This document shows positions 50,859 through 62,065 of a stretch of 62,065 nucleotides of DNA, piece by piece. The stretch covers positions 1 to 62,065 of the forward strand of contig CAMKAU010000003.1 of assembly GCA_946410595.1 (NCBI GenBank). The letters are read 5' to 3'. This stretch comes from an uncultured Clostridia bacterium. GTDB lineage: Bacteria > Bacillota > Clostridia > Oscillospirales > CAG-272. Position 1 is the first letter of the stretch, and each line of letters begins with the position of its first letter. The notes under the pieces are model-generated. The model worked only from the letters and a program-made list of their open reading frames with translations, searched no databases and was not told the DNA's origin. A program made the translations under genes and the position numbers.

Positions 50859-52007
50859 ACGGGGAGCGACCCCGAGAAAGGCGCACGCCTCGCGGTATTC
50901 CGCCGCGGCGGCGCTTTTCTTTTTTTCGCTTGCCCCCCGGACGGCGCGGAGGATCACGTTTTTGGGCGTGTCGTCCGGGTCGATCAGCTCCGCCGCCGCC
51001 GTCTCATAGCCATTTGCCTCGAGATAGAGGACCCGCAGCGCGTCGGTAAGCGAAGCGCAGATCTTGTCGGAGAGGACGCCGTGCCGCAAGGCAAAGGAAA
51101 GCGGCGGGCAGGAGACGGCGCGGGAGAGCTCCCGCTGGCAGCAGGGGGTGGAGAGGATCGCCGCGGCGCCGAGGCGGATCGCCGTTTCGAGGACGGTATC
51201 GGTCGCCGTGTCGCAGGCGTGCAGGGAGAGGACGAGATCCGGCCGGCCGCTCTCGGGCAGGTCCCGGATATCCGCGGCGAGGAACCGCATTCCGTCAAAC
51301 CCCAGCCGCCGCGCGGCCGCCTCGCAGAGCTCCATCATATCTTTTTTCCGGTCGACGCAGAGCATCGAAACGTCCCGTCCGAGCGTGCGCGCGAGATAGT
51401 GATAGACGGCAAAGGAGAGGTAGCACTTGCCGCAGCAGAGATCATAGACGGTCAGAGGCCCCGTCTCCGGCAGGGCGGGCAGCACGTCGCGCAGAAACTC
51501 GAGAAAGCGGCAGATCTGCCGGAACTTCGCCTGCCGGGAGGGCAGGACCCGCCCCTCGCGGTCGGAGATCCCCAGCTCCCGCAAAAAGGGCTCTCTCCCG
51601 TCGAGGAGACGGTTTTTTTGCCGGGAGAGGGAGGGGATCGCGGCCGCCGTCGCGCCTTTTTTCAGCGCGGCGGGCAGGCGCAGGAACTCGCTCCCCTTTT
51701 TGCTCCGCTTATACTCTCCGCTCGCCTCCGCGCCGACAAGATCCGCCTGGAAAAAGCGGGGCAGCGTCTCCGTGAGCGTTTCGTCCGGAAAGGCGGAAAA
51801 GTTCTTTTGCAGAACCTTGCCGTCGGCGAGGAATGTCTCGGCGACAAAAAGGATTCGCTCTCCGTCCCGGCGCCGCTCCAGCTTCCATTTGAGGAGGGCG
51901 GGATCCGCCGGGCGGGAGAGGACGAGCATCCGCGCACCTCCCGCTTCAAACGCCGCCTTCGCCGCCGCGAGGAAGCGGCGTCCCTTTTCGGTCAGTTCAT
52001 TTGCCAT
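50853..52007 (-). CDS. Class I SAM-dependent methyltransferase, function unknown
   Basis: VYDLCCGKCYLSFAVY and LSLHACDTATD...STPCCQ. Confidence 0.7.
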   Translation of the reverse strand: MANELTEKGRRFLAAAKAAFEAGGARMLVLSRPADPALLKWKLERRRDGERILFVAETFLADGKVLQKNFSAFPDETLTETLPRFFQADLVGAEASGEYKRSKKGSEFLRLPAALKKGATAAAIPSLSRQKNRLLDGREPFLRELGISDREGRVLPSRQAKFRQICRFLEFLRDVLPALPETGPLTVYDLCCGKCYLSFAVYHYLARTLGRDVSMLCVDRKKDMMELCEAAARRLGFDGMRFLAADIRDLPESGRPDLVLSLHACDTATDTVLETAIRLGAAAILSTPCCQRELSRAVSCPPLSFALRHGVLSDKICASLTDALRVLYLEANGYETAAAELIDPDDTPKNVILRAVRGASEKKKSAAAAEYREACAFLGVAPRL

Positions 52008-52728
52008 CGGTCCCGTCCTTCTTCTTGCCGAGGGAAATCTTTTTTTCCTTGCCTTCGCGCAGCCGGTTGATATTATCCTTATGGTGGAAGACGACCAGAA
52101 GCGCGATCGCCAGCGCGAACAGAACGGAGATGCCGGGCCCCGCCACGCGGAACAGGATGAGAGGGTACATCAGGGCGGCGATGACCGAGCCGAGGGAAAC
52201 GTACTTCGTCCACAAAACGAGGATCAGAAAGACGGTCAGGCAGAAAAGAAAGGTGAGGGGGGAGAGGATCAGCATCGCGCCGGCGGCGGCCGCCACGCCC
52301 TTTCCGCCCTGAAAGCGGTGGTAAACGGGGAAGCAGTGCCCCGCCACGCAGAAAAACGCCGCCGTATAGGAGGCGAGATCCGTGATCTCCTTCCCCGGTA
52401 CGAGATAAGCGCCGATCACCCGGGCGATGAGGACGGCGATCACCGCTTTGAGCACGTCCCCCGCGAGGGTAACGGCGGCGGCCCCTTTGCCGTAGGTGCG
52501 GAGCATATTCGTCATTCCGGCGTTCCCGCTGCCGTAGTCGCGGATATCCTGCTTATAGCGGAGTTTGGAATAGAGGATCCCGGTGTTGACGCTGCCGAGA
52601 AAGTACCCGACCGCGGCGGAGAGCAGCACGCCGAGGAAGATCAGCGCCGTCTGTCCGGCGGAGAGACCGGCGGGAGCGGCCGCTTCTTCGGCAAGTGCGG
52701 AAACGGGGAGGGGAAAAGATCCGAACAT
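51997..52728 (-). CDS. plsY: Glycerol-3-phosphate acyltransferase PlsY
   Basis: GGAGGA RBS before the ATG at 52728. GSGNAGMTN, HCFPVYHRFQGGKGV. Confidence 0.9.
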   Translation of the reverse strand: MFGSFPLPVSALAEEAAAPAGLSAGQTALIFLGVLLSAAVGYFLGSVNTGILYSKLRYKQDIRDYGSGNAGMTNMLRTYGKGAAAVTLAGDVLKAVIAVLIARVIGAYLVPGKEITDLASYTAAFFCVAGHCFPVYHRFQGGKGVAAAAGAMLILSPLTFLFCLTVFLILVLWTKYVSLGSVIAALMYPLILFRVAGPGISVLFALAIALLVVFHHKDNINRLREGKEKKISLGKKKDGTDGK

Positions 52729-52831
52729 AACGTTCCTCCGATATGTAGTGATCTTATTATACAACACCGGAGAGGGAAAAGGAATAGAAAAAGAAAAAAA
52801 GAGAAAAATCTTTTCGGATCCCTTTGCGCGG

Positions 52832-52860
52832 TTGACTTTTTGGCCGCGTTTTTGTATACT
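52832..52860 (+). promoter_or_regulatory. Sigma-A promoter TTGACT-17-TATACT upstream of ligA
   Basis: TTGACT at 52832-52837 and TATACT at 52855-52860. Confidence 0.55.
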
Positions 52861-52888
52861 GTATAGGAAAAACGGGACGGAGGCGGAT

Positions 52889-54877
52889 ATGGACGTCATT
52901 CAGAAAAAAATGCGTGATCTGGCAAAAAAGCTGGAGTATCATGCCCGGCTTTACTACGTGTACGACCGGCCGGAGATCTCCGATTTTGCCTACGACGAGA
53001 TGTTCGAGGAGTTAAAACGCCTGGAGGAGGAATATCCGCAGTACAAGGATAAAAACTCTCCCACCGCCCGCGTCGGCGGCGCCGCGCTCGACAAGTTCAG
53101 ACCGGCGGAGCACCGCGTCCGGCTCGGCAGCCTGACCGACGTGTTCAGCTATGACGAGCTGCGGGCGTTCGTGGAAAAGGCGGAGCGGGAAGCGGGGAAG
53201 GACGCGTACTTTTCCGCCGAGCCGAAGATCGACGGCCTCTCCCTCGCCCTGACCTACGAGCGGGGCGAGCTTGTCCGGGGCGCCACCCGCGGGGACGGGA
53301 ACGTCGGCGAGGACGTGACGGAAAACGTCCGCACCATCCGCTCGGTCCCGCTTACCCTGCCGGAGCCCCTTTCCTTCGTCGTGCGCGGCGAGGTCTTTAT
53401 GCCCCGCGCGGTCTTTGAAAAACTCAACGCCGAACGGGAGAAAAAGGGGGAGGCGCTGATGGCGAATCCCCGCAACGCCGCCGCCGGGTCGCTGCGCCAG
53501 CTCGACCCGAAGATCACGGCAAAACGCGAACTGGATCTTTTCGTTTTCAACCTGCAGGAAGGATCGCTCTACGCGGACGGCAGCGTCCCGGACAGCCACA
53601 CGGCGATCCTCGACCGTCTCTCGGAGCTCGGCTTCCGCGTCCTTGAGGGAAGGGAGCGGATCCGGGGGTTTGAGAACGTCCGGCGCTACGTGGAAACGCT
53701 CGGAGAGCGCCGTCCGTCGCTTTCCTACGATACCGACGGAGCGGTCCTGAAGCTCGATTCGCTTCTCCTGCGCCGCCGGATGGGCGAGGGGACCAGCACC
53801 CCCAACTGGGCGGTCGCCTTCAAGTACCCGCCGGAGGAAAAGGAAGCCACCCTGCTCGATATCACCGTCGCCGTCGGGCGCACCGGGGTCCTGACGCCGA
53901 ACGCCGTCCTGACCCCCGTCCGCCTCGCCGGGACCACCGTGACGCGGGCGACCCTCCATAACGCCGATTTTATCGCGGAAAAGGACGTCCGCGTCGGCGA
54001 TACCGTGATCGTCCGCAAGGCGGGCGAGATCATCCCCGAGATCGTGCGCAGTCTGCCGGAAAAACGGACCGGCGGAGAAACGCCCTACACGATGCCCGCG
54101 GTCTGCCCCTCCTGCGGAGAGCCCGTTTTCCGCGACGAGGAGGCCGCCGTCCGCTGCAAAAACCCCGACTGCCCCGCCCAGCGCGCCCGCCAGATCGAGC
54201 ATTTTGCCTCCAAGGACGCGATGGATATCGAGGGGCTCGGCCCCCGCGTCGTCGAGCTGCTGCTCGCCGAGGGGAAGATCCGGGACGCGGCGGACCTCTA
54301 TCTCCTCCGCGAGGAGGATCTGGCCGACCTTCCCGGCTTCGGCAAAAAATCCGCCGAAAATCTCGTCGCCGCCGTCGCCCGCTCGAAGGGAGCGGGGCTG
54401 GAGCGCCTTCTCTACGCCTTCGGCGTCCGGCAGGTCGGCGAGGTCGCGGCGGCCGCCGTCGCCCGCAAGGCGGGATCGCTCGAGCGGCTCTTTACGATGA
54501 CCCGCGAGGAGTTCTGCGAGATCGCCGACGTCGGCGGGATCACCGCGGACAACCTCGTTTCCTATTTCGCGACCGACCACGCCCGCGCCCGCGCCGACCG
54601 CCTCTCGGCGTACGGTCTGTACACCCTGCCCGTCGCCCAGCCGGCGGGGGAGAAGCTGGCGGGTCTGACCTTCGTCATCACCGGTACCCTCCCCTCCATG
54701 AGCCGCGACGAGGCGAAAAAACGCATCGCGGCGGAGGGAGGCAAGGTCTCCTCCTCCGTTTCCCGCAAGACCGACTATCTGCTCTGCGGCTCGGACGCCG
54801 GCTCCAAGCTCACCGAGGCGACCCGCCTCGGCGTTCCCGTCATCGACGAGGAAAAACTCCTCGAAATGCTCCGTTAA
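52889..54877 (+). CDS. ligA: NAD-dependent DNA ligase
   Basis: GGAGG RBS before the ATG at 52889. YYVYDRPEISDFAYD, EPKIDGLS (adenylation Lys), zinc finger CPSCGEPV...CKNPDCP, and a BRCT C-terminus. Confidence 0.95.
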   Translation: MDVIQKKMRDLAKKLEYHARLYYVYDRPEISDFAYDEMFEELKRLEEEYPQYKDKNSPTARVGGAALDKFRPAEHRVRLGSLTDVFSYDELRAFVEKAEREAGKDAYFSAEPKIDGLSLALTYERGELVRGATRGDGNVGEDVTENVRTIRSVPLTLPEPLSFVVRGEVFMPRAVFEKLNAEREKKGEALMANPRNAAAGSLRQLDPKITAKRELDLFVFNLQEGSLYADGSVPDSHTAILDRLSELGFRVLEGRERIRGFENVRRYVETLGERRPSLSYDTDGAVLKLDSLLLRRRMGEGTSTPNWAVAFKYPPEEKEATLLDITVAVGRTGVLTPNAVLTPVRLAGTTVTRATLHNADFIAEKDVRVGDTVIVRKAGEIIPEIVRSLPEKRTGGETPYTMPAVCPSCGEPVFRDEEAAVRCKNPDCPAQRARQIEHFASKDAMDIEGLGPRVVELLLAEGKIRDAADLYLLREEDLADLPGFGKKSAENLVAAVARSKGAGLERLLYAFGVRQVGEVAAAAVARKAGSLERLFTMTREEFCEIADVGGITADNLVSYFATDHARARADRLSAYGLYTLPVAQPAGEKLAGLTFVITGTLPSMSRDEAKKRIAAEGGKVSSSVSRKTDYLLCGSDAGSKLTEATRLGVPVIDEEKLLEMLR

Positions 54878-55452
54878 GCCAGCCCGAGATAGACGAGGAT
54901 CCCGTTGTAGATCCCGCGCGCAAAGGCCTCCGGGTCGCCGTTCAGCTTCGCCGCGTCCGAGGGGTTGGTGATAAAGCCGAGCTCGATCAGCGCGGCGGGC
55001 ATCGCCGTTTTCCGCAAAACGTACAAGCTCGGCCGCGCCGTCACGCCTCGGTTTTTCAGCCCCGTCGAGAGGTTCAGCCGCCGCAAGATCTCCTCCGCAA
55101 GCCGGTAGGCGGGCGAGGTAACGGCGTACACGAACGCCTCGCTCCCCGTCGCCTCCGGTATGGTGGAGGCGTTGCAGTGCAGGGAGAGAAAATAGTCCGC
55201 CCCCCACGCGTTCGCGCCGTTTGCGCGGGCGGCGAGACTGGTGTTCTGCGAAGTGCCGAGCTGCGTTTCCGCCGTCGGGCGGGAGAGCCGCGTTTCAAAA
55301 TGCCCGTTCGCGTCCAGGAAATCCCGCAAGAGGATCCCCACGCGGAAGACGACGTCCTGCTCCCGCAGGCCGTTTCCCTCCGCGCCCGCGTTCGGGTTGG
55401 TCGGGTTGTGCCCCTGATCTATGTAGATTTTATATCGCGTTTGACGTTCCAT
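54874..55452 (-). CDS. N-acetylmuramoyl-L-alanine amidase (Amidase_3 family)
   Basis: IYIDQGHNP, YFLSLHCNA, GSEAFVY, PAALIELGFITN. Confidence 0.85.
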   Translation of the reverse strand: MERQTRYKIYIDQGHNPTNPNAGAEGNGLREQDVVFRVGILLRDFLDANGHFETRLSRPTAETQLGTSQNTSLAARANGANAWGADYFLSLHCNASTIPEATGSEAFVYAVTSPAYRLAEEILRRLNLSTGLKNRGVTARPSLYVLRKTAMPAALIELGFITNPSDAAKLNGDPEAFARGIYNGILVYLGLA

Positions 55453-55514
55453 CGTAACGCTCCTTTCCGCTTTCGCTGCTGTCAGTGTATGCGGAGAGGA
55501 GGGAAAGGTTCTAT

Positions 55515-56228
55515 ATGGCAGACAGAAAAAAGATCCTCAGCGCCGTCCGCCGCGCCTGCGAGGAATACCGGATGATCGAGCCGGGGGATCGCATCGCCGT
55601 CGGGTTGTCGGGCGGCAAGGATTCGCTTACCCTGCTCGTCGCGCTCGCGGAGATGCGGCGGTTTTATCCCGCGCCCTACGAGCTGATCGCGATCACCGCC
55701 GATCTCGGCTTTCCCGGCGCGGATTTTTCCCCGATGGAGGAGCTCTGCCGCTCGCTTGACGTTCCCTACGTGATCGAGCGTACCGAGATCGCCCGGGTCG
55801 TCTTCGACGAACGCAAGGAAACAAACCCCTGCTCCCTCTGCGCCAAGATGCGCCGCGGCGCGATCCACGGGGCGGCCAAGCGCCTCGGCTGCGGCAAGGT
55901 CGCGTTCGCCCATCATTTTGACGACGTGGCGGAGACCTTTCTCCTCAATCTCTTTCACGAGGGGCGGCTTGGCGCCTTCCAGCCGGTTACTTATCTCGAC
56001 CGCACCGGAGTTACCCTGATCCGGCCGCTGATCTTTTTAGAGGAAAAGGAGATCCGCTCCTTTGTCAAAAAGGAGGCGCTCCCCGTCCTGCCCAGTCTCT
56101 GCCCCGCGGACAAGCACAGCGAGCGCGAGGAGATGAAGGAGCTTTTGCGGGATCTGGAACGCCGCTGGCCCGAACTGCGCCAAAAGATCTTCACCGCCCT
56201 CCGCAAAAGCCACACAGACGGCTATTAA
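55515..56228 (+). CDS. PP-loop ATPase, tRNA 2-thiocytidine biosynthesis TtcA-like
   Basis: IAVGLSGGKDSLTL, CSLCAKMRRG. Start could instead be 55485. Confidence 0.8.
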   Translation: MADRKKILSAVRRACEEYRMIEPGDRIAVGLSGGKDSLTLLVALAEMRRFYPAPYELIAITADLGFPGADFSPMEELCRSLDVPYVIERTEIARVVFDERKETNPCSLCAKMRRGAIHGAAKRLGCGKVAFAHHFDDVAETFLLNLFHEGRLGAFQPVTYLDRTGVTLIRPLIFLEEKEIRSFVKKEALPVLPSLCPADKHSEREEMKELLRDLERRWPELRQKIFTALRKSHTDGY

Positions 56229-56266
56229 ACCGACTCCGCAGGAAAACGACGAAACGAGGGGATCCG

Positions 56267-57229
56267 ATGGAAGAAAAGAAAACCGGGAACGCGCCCGGGG
56301 GAGAAAAGCGGGACGGCAGGGAAACCGTCGTTTACCGGGACGGGCGGTATATGCTCGGGGAAAAGGACGGCGCCCCCTGCGTGATCGCGGGCGGGACGGC
56401 CTACCGCCTCTCCTGCCATCCCTACGAGCCCTGCCTCTATATCACCGACGAAACGGGCGGCCTTACCGCGGTCCACAACGCGTTTGACCCCGCCGTCGTC
56501 CTGGCCGCCTTTGCCCGCGGCGAGACGGTCTCGTCGATCACCGGCTTTGAGTACGACGCGCAGGATTTCTGCCGGATGGTCGAATACGCCGCCGGCCGGC
56601 TTGATCTTCAGATCGACGAGGCGGAAAAGGTCTTCGGCGGCCGCGCCAAACGGAAAAACCCGCCGCCGGAGAGAAAAAAAGAAAAGGAAAACCCGCCGCG
56701 CGGCGAGAGGGAAGAAGACCCCCGCCCGGAGAACGGCCGGATCGCAGAGGACGAGCGCTTTGCCGCCGCGCTCCGCGATTATCCCGACGCCGAGATCGAC
56801 TTCTGCCTTGTCAAAACCGACGGCGCTCTCCGCGGGTACGGCGCGCACCGGTCGGCGCTCGCTCTGGCGTGCCGATCCCTCTTTTTCGACGGGGAGGAAG
56901 CGGTCTGGGATTACGATCTCGGCCGGGCGGAGGCAAAACCGATCGGCACCGACGCGCTCTTCGCGCCCGCCGATCCGGCGGGGCCGCTCAACTACCGCCG
57001 GGCGTTTCTCGACCCGCCGCACGGAAACGCCTATACCGCAGCGGATTTCGAGAGGGTGAACGACGCCCTTTTCCCGAACGGCCGGGAGGAGCTCGAGGTT
57101 TACGAGTGGACGACCGACTGGTCGGAGTATTTTGACGAAGGACACGAATGGTGGGGCGCGCTCTGCTTTACGGTCTGCGATAAAACGCTTGACCGGTTCG
57201 CCGTGATCCTCGCCTCCGCGACGGACTGA
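56267..57229 (+). CDS. Hypothetical protein with a central basic/acidic low-complexity linker (320 aa)
   Basis: ORF with high GC3. Linker AKRKNPPPERKKEKENPPRGEREEDPRPENG. C-terminal WTTDWSEYFDEGHEWWGALCFTV. No family recognised. Confidence 0.55.
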   Translation: MEEKKTGNAPGGEKRDGRETVVYRDGRYMLGEKDGAPCVIAGGTAYRLSCHPYEPCLYITDETGGLTAVHNAFDPAVVLAAFARGETVSSITGFEYDAQDFCRMVEYAAGRLDLQIDEAEKVFGGRAKRKNPPPERKKEKENPPRGEREEDPRPENGRIAEDERFAAALRDYPDAEIDFCLVKTDGALRGYGAHRSALALACRSLFFDGEEAVWDYDLGRAEAKPIGTDALFAPADPAGPLNYRRAFLDPPHGNAYTAADFERVNDALFPNGREELEVYEWTTDWSEYFDEGHEWWGALCFTVCDKTLDRFAVILASATD

Positions 57230-57231
57230 AT

Positions 57232-57263
57232 AAAAAACGGACTGAACGATCAGTCCGTTTTTT
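57232..57263. terminator. Bidirectional terminator overlapping the stop of the DMT transporter gene
   Basis: AAAAAACGGACTGA acga TCAGTCCGTTTTTT. Confidence 0.75.
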
Positions 57264-58197
57264 CGTCTTCGGCAGGGCTTTCCGCTTCGCCGTCCGGCGC
57301 TTTTTGCTTTTTTCGCGGCAGCTCGGCCTGCGCAAGCAGGATCGCCGCAAAGAGGACGGCGCAGCCGAGATATTCCCGCGCGCTGTACCGCTCGTGAAGG
57401 AGAAGAACCCCGAAGAGGGTGGCAAAGACCGACTCGGTCGACATGATCAGCGCGGCCGTCGCGGGCTGGCCGGATAGCTTCTGCCCGAGCGCCTGCAGCG
57501 TGTAGCCGATCGCGGAGGAGAAGAAGGAAAGATAGATCAGCTCGGCAAGCGACCCGCGCAGGGCGGCGGCGGCGGGGAGCCCCTCGGAGAGGAGAGCGGG
57601 CGCGACCGAGAGGATCCCGGCGACGAGGAACTCGATCGCCGTTAAGAGAAGCGGGTCAAAATCCTTGCCGGTCACGTCGACCAGGATGATCTGAACGGAG
57701 AAGAAAAAGGCGCACGCGAGCAGCCAGACGTCCCCCGCCGTAACGGCGCCGAACAGACTGCCGTCCCCGGAGCAGAGAAGGTAAAGACCGCCCAGCCCCA
57801 GCAAAACGGCGAAGAAGACCTGCGGCCGGAGCCGTTTGCCGAAGGCGAAGCGGATCAGCGGGACGAGGAGGATATAGAGAGCGGTGAGAAAGCCGGACCG
57901 GCCCGCCGCCACCGTTACGATCCCGATCTGCTGCGCGGCGGAGGCGAGAAAGAGCGCGACCCCGCAGGCGATACTGAGGAGAAAGGTCTTTTTGCCGATT
58001 TTGACCGGCTTTTTCGTGATCCGGGCGCGGAAAAAGATCACGAGAAAGAGAAGCGCCGAGCCGGCAAAGGAGCGGATGCCGTTGAGCGTGAGGGGGCCGA
58101 GATCGTCAACGCCGGTCCGCTGCGCGATAAACGCGCCGCCCCAGATCACGGCGCCGAGGAGGAGAATGAGATGGCCGAGGACGCTTTTTTTCTTCAT
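57250..58197 (-). CDS. DMT-superfamily (EamA) transporter
   Basis: Ten predicted TM helices and an N-terminus GHLILLLGAVIWGGAFIAQR typical of EamA repeats. Confidence 0.85.
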   Translation of the reverse strand: MKKKSVLGHLILLLGAVIWGGAFIAQRTGVDDLGPLTLNGIRSFAGSALLFLVIFFRARITKKPVKIGKKTFLLSIACGVALFLASAAQQIGIVTVAAGRSGFLTALYILLVPLIRFAFGKRLRPQVFFAVLLGLGGLYLLCSGDGSLFGAVTAGDVWLLACAFFFSVQIILVDVTGKDFDPLLLTAIEFLVAGILSVAPALLSEGLPAAAALRGSLAELIYLSFFSSAIGYTLQALGQKLSGQPATAALIMSTESVFATLFGVLLLHERYSAREYLGCAVLFAAILLAQAELPRKKQKAPDGEAESPAEDEKTD

Positions 58198-58222
58198 AAC
58201 GAACTCTTTTTGCGGAAAAGAA

Positions 58223-58251
58223 TTGCAAAACGCCGAAGGATAGTGTATAAT
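58223..58251 (+). promoter_or_regulatory. Sigma-A promoter TTGCAA-17-TATAAT
   Basis: TTGCAA at 58223-58228 and TATAAT at 58246-58251. Confidence 0.55.
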
Positions 58252-58338
58252 AATAAATCATATTATGGGAAACTGTTCTTCGGCGCCGCATAGGTGCATC
58301 ATATCATATTCCGCCGCCGATTGCAAGAGGAAAACGAG

Positions 58339-58674
58339 ATGGGATTTTTCGACCTGATCCGCCGGAAAAGCAAACCCGGCAGCCGCGCCTTCCGCGAGGA
58401 GATGGCAAAGCGGCTGGACGGCCGCCATATCCGCTACGTGACCGAGCGGGACGAATCGGGGACCGAGATCGTCCTCGGCAAAAACGGCTCGCTTGCGATC
58501 AAGGGGGACGAGTTCCTCGTCTCGGTGCCGGAAAAGACGCTGATGCGCGCAAAGATCGTCGATCTCGACGCGTGGGAGCTGATGTCAAAGGACGGGGTGG
58601 TCATCACCGCGCCCGATCTGGAGCGGGACGGCGCCGTCCATACCCTGACCGCGTTTTACGTTTATTATCGCTGA
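58339..58674 (+). CDS. Hypothetical small protein (111 aa)
   Basis: ATG at 58339 after an AGAGGA-like RBS. No family recognised. Confidence 0.5.
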   Translation: MGFFDLIRRKSKPGSRAFREEMAKRLDGRHIRYVTERDESGTEIVLGKNGSLAIKGDEFLVSVPEKTLMRAKIVDLDAWELMSKDGVVITAPDLERDGAVHTLTAFYVYYR

Positions 58675-58687
58675 CGGAGGAAACACC

Positions 58688-59431
58688 ATGTGCGTTCGGG
58701 ACCTTCTCCATGCCGTGACCGGCCGGAGCCGTTTTTTGTCCGCCGTGATCTTAGCGGGCGGGGCTTCCTCCCGCTTCGGCGGGGAGACGCCCAAGCAGTA
58801 CCGCGCGGTCGCGGGTCTCTCCGTCCTCGGGCATACCCTGCGCGCCTTCGAGTCCTGCCCGGAGGTCTCCGAGATCATCGTCGTCTGCCCGGAGGGGGAC
58901 GGGGAAAAGGTCGCCGCGATCGCAAAGGAAGCGGGGATCTCCAAATATAAACGCGCGGTCGCGGGCGGCGAGACCCGCCAGCGCTCCGCGATCCTCGGCT
59001 TTGCCCAAATATCAGAGAAGGCGGAGTACGTCGCGTTCCACGACGCGGCGCGCTGCCTCGTTACGCCGGAGATCATTTCCGCCGTTTTCCGGGAGGCGGT
59101 CCTCGCCGGCACCGGCGCCATCGCCTGCGCGCCCGTCACCGATACGGTCAAGCGGAGAACGGCGCTCGGCACGGTCGCGGAAACGCTCGACCGCGACGGG
59201 CTCGCCGCGGCGGCGACCCCGCAGATCTTCCGGGAAAACCTCTACCGCGCCGTCGCCTATACGGCGCAGAAGGAGAACTTCCTCGGCACGGACGAAGCGT
59301 CCCTTTGCGAGCATTACGGTTTTTCCGTCCGCCTCGTCGACTGCGGGCGGGAAAATATCAAGATCACCTACCCGGAGGACCTTCTCTTTGCCGAGGCGGT
59401 CATCCGGAAAAGGGAAGAGGAGAAAACATGA
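58688..59431 (+). CDS. ispD: 2-C-methyl-D-erythritol 4-phosphate cytidylyltransferase
   Basis: [40 protein letters not shown]. Confidence 0.9.
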   Translation: MCVRDLLHAVTGRSRFLSAVILAGGASSRFGGETPKQYRAVAGLSVLGHTLRAFESCPEVSEIIVVCPEGDGEKVAAIAKEAGISKYKRAVAGGETRQRSAILGFAQISEKAEYVAFHDAARCLVTPEIISAVFREAVLAGTGAIACAPVTDTVKRRTALGTVAETLDRDGLAAAATPQIFRENLYRAVAYTAQKENFLGTDEASLCEHYGFSVRLVDCGRENIKITYPEDLLFAEAVIRKREEEKT

Positions 59432-59928
59432 ACGAATACCGGATCGGACAGGGGTATGATACCCACCGCCTCGCCGAGGGAAGAAAGCTCATCCTCGGCG
59501 GCGTGGAGATCCCGTACGGGCGGGGGCTGCTCGGCCACTCGGACGCGGACGCGCTTCTGCACGCGGTAACCGACGCGCTCCTCGGCGCCCTTTCCCTCGG
59601 TGATATCGGCGAGCATTTCCCCGATACCGACCCCGCCTACCGCGGCGCCGACAGCAAAAAGCTGCTCGCGCTCGCGTACGGGCTTGTCCGGGAGCGCGGC
59701 TGGCGGCTCGTCAATCTGGACGCCACCGTCTTTGCCGAAGCGCCGAAGCTCGGACCCTATAAAAAAGAAATGCGCGCCGTTCTCGCCGCCCTTCTCGGAA
59801 CGGAGGAGGAGAGGATCAGCGTCAAAGCGAAGACCGGCGAGGGTGTGGACGCGGTCGGCCGCGGGGAGGCGATCTCCGCCGCCGCGACCGTCCTGTTGGA
59901 AGGAAAAACGCCCCGCCGCACGGTGTAG
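59428..59928 (+). CDS. ispF: 2-C-methyl-D-erythritol 2,4-cyclodiphosphate synthase
   Basis: ATG overlaps the ispD stop (ATGA). [30 protein letters not shown]. Confidence 0.95.
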   Translation: MNEYRIGQGYDTHRLAEGRKLILGGVEIPYGRGLLGHSDADALLHAVTDALLGALSLGDIGEHFPDTDPAYRGADSKKLLALAYGLVRERGWRLVNLDATVFAEAPKLGPYKKEMRAVLAALLGTEEERISVKAKTGEGVDAVGRGEAISAAATVLLEGKTPRRTV

Positions 59929-60042
59929 CGTTCACGACCCGCTTGTTTTCCGTCCGGTATGCGGCGGGAGCGTTGCGTTTTCCTTTACCAGAATATGGGC
60001 GACGGGCGATTTCCGTCACCGCGACCTGCAACGGAGGGCTGT

Positions 60043-60702
60043 ATGAAAGAAAAAAAAGAGACCGTCGTGTCCCCCTCGCTCCTTTCGGCGGATTTTTCCC
60101 GGCTGGAGGAGGAGGCGCGCGCCGTGGAGGAGGGAGGCGCCGCGTGGCTGCATCTCGACGTGATGGACGGGGCGTTCGTGCCGAACATCAGCTTCGGCGC
60201 GCCGGTGATCCGGTCGCTGCGCCCGCGCACAAAACTCTTTTTCGACGCGCATCTGATGATCCGGGAGCCGATCCGGTATATAGACGACTTCGTCTCCGCC
60301 GGATGCGATCTCATCACCGTGCACGCGGAGGCCTGCTCCGACGTGAAAGCGACGCTGGAGGCGATCCGCGCCGCGGGAAAAGAGGCGGGTCTCTCGGTCA
60401 AGCCGGGCACGCCGGTCGAGGGGATCTTCGGGCTTTTGCCGCTTCTCTCCGTCGTCCTCGTTATGACGGTGGAGCCGGGCTTCTCCGGGCAGAAGTTCAT
60501 GCCCGATATGCTCCCGAAGATCAAAGCGCTGGAGCATGAGCGACAGCGGCGCTCTCTCGGGTATCGGATCGAGGTGGACGGGGGCGTTTCCCCCGAGAAC
60601 GCAAAGCTGCTTCGCGCGGCGGGCGCCGACGTACTCGTCGCGGGCAGCGCCGTATTCGGGAAAGAAGATAAGGCGGCGGCGATCGCCGCGCTGAAAGGAT
60701 AA
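60043..60702 (+). CDS. rpe: Ribulose-phosphate 3-epimerase
   Basis: GGAGGG RBS before the ATG at 60043. [42 protein letters not shown]. Confidence 0.9.
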   Translation: MKEKKETVVSPSLLSADFSRLEEEARAVEEGGAAWLHLDVMDGAFVPNISFGAPVIRSLRPRTKLFFDAHLMIREPIRYIDDFVSAGCDLITVHAEACSDVKATLEAIRAAGKEAGLSVKPGTPVEGIFGLLPLLSVVLVMTVEPGFSGQKFMPDMLPKIKALEHERQRRSLGYRIEVDGGVSPENAKLLRAAGADVLVAGSAVFGKEDKAAAIAALKG

Positions 60703-60704
60703 CG

Positions 60705-62065
<1,361 letters not shown>

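Overview
This is a 62-kb chromosomal window from a high-GC, endospore-forming Firmicute. It is Clostridia-like; an Oscillospiraceae-type origin is only a guess from composition and gene order. Nearly all calls come from reading translated motifs, RBS/start context and hairpins by eye. No database search was possible, so family names are motif-based recognitions, not hits.

Layout:
1. 1-3.5 kb: right-hand end of an integrated mobile element. It carries a PcfK-like small protein, a divergent Cro/CI-like XRE pair with operator repeats, a membrane-anchored HIRAN protein and a large serine recombinase.
2. 3.6-14.6 kb: one giant 3,674-aa secreted multi-catalytic protein. It contains three Asp-box beta-propellers, a GLUG beta-helix, two pectate-lyase-like beta-helices, a CBM9-like module, an SGNH esterase, a LamG-like module and GH43.
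3. 14.6-17.3 kb, minus strand: PNPOx-family protein, small membrane protein, malQ and a hypothetical.
4. 17.5-24.4 kb: a cytoplasmic LamG-GH43 protein; a 952-aa beta-helix/TM/GH43 protein; and a small surface protein with an LVKSTG + TM + basic-tail signal, followed by a sortase and a membrane protein.
5. 24.2-29.2 kb, minus strand: housekeeping block of membrane protein, rsmI, trmN6-like, ferredoxin, ricT/yaaT and holB.
6. 29.3-34.0 kb: complete spoIIIAA-AH operon.
7. 34.0-40.4 kb, minus strand: operon of three tandem paralogous GH43 lipoproteins plus a C-terminally anchored Asp-box propeller.
8. 40.6-41.3 kb: a second copy of the LVKSTG surface protein.
9. 41.3-62 kb: housekeeping genes ylxM, ffh, rpsP, khpA, glpK, flotillin, DUF2079, DUF1858, trmK, nif3, a methyltransferase, plsY, ligA, an amidase, ttcA-like, a DMT transporter, ispD, ispF, rpe and type III glutamine synthetase (partial).

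No rRNA, tRNA or CRISPR array was seen.

The most interesting content is the distributed cell-surface glycan-degrading gene set: six GH43 modules and four sialidase-superfamily propellers, using several anchoring modes. Its sortase locus carries a non-canonical sorting motif.
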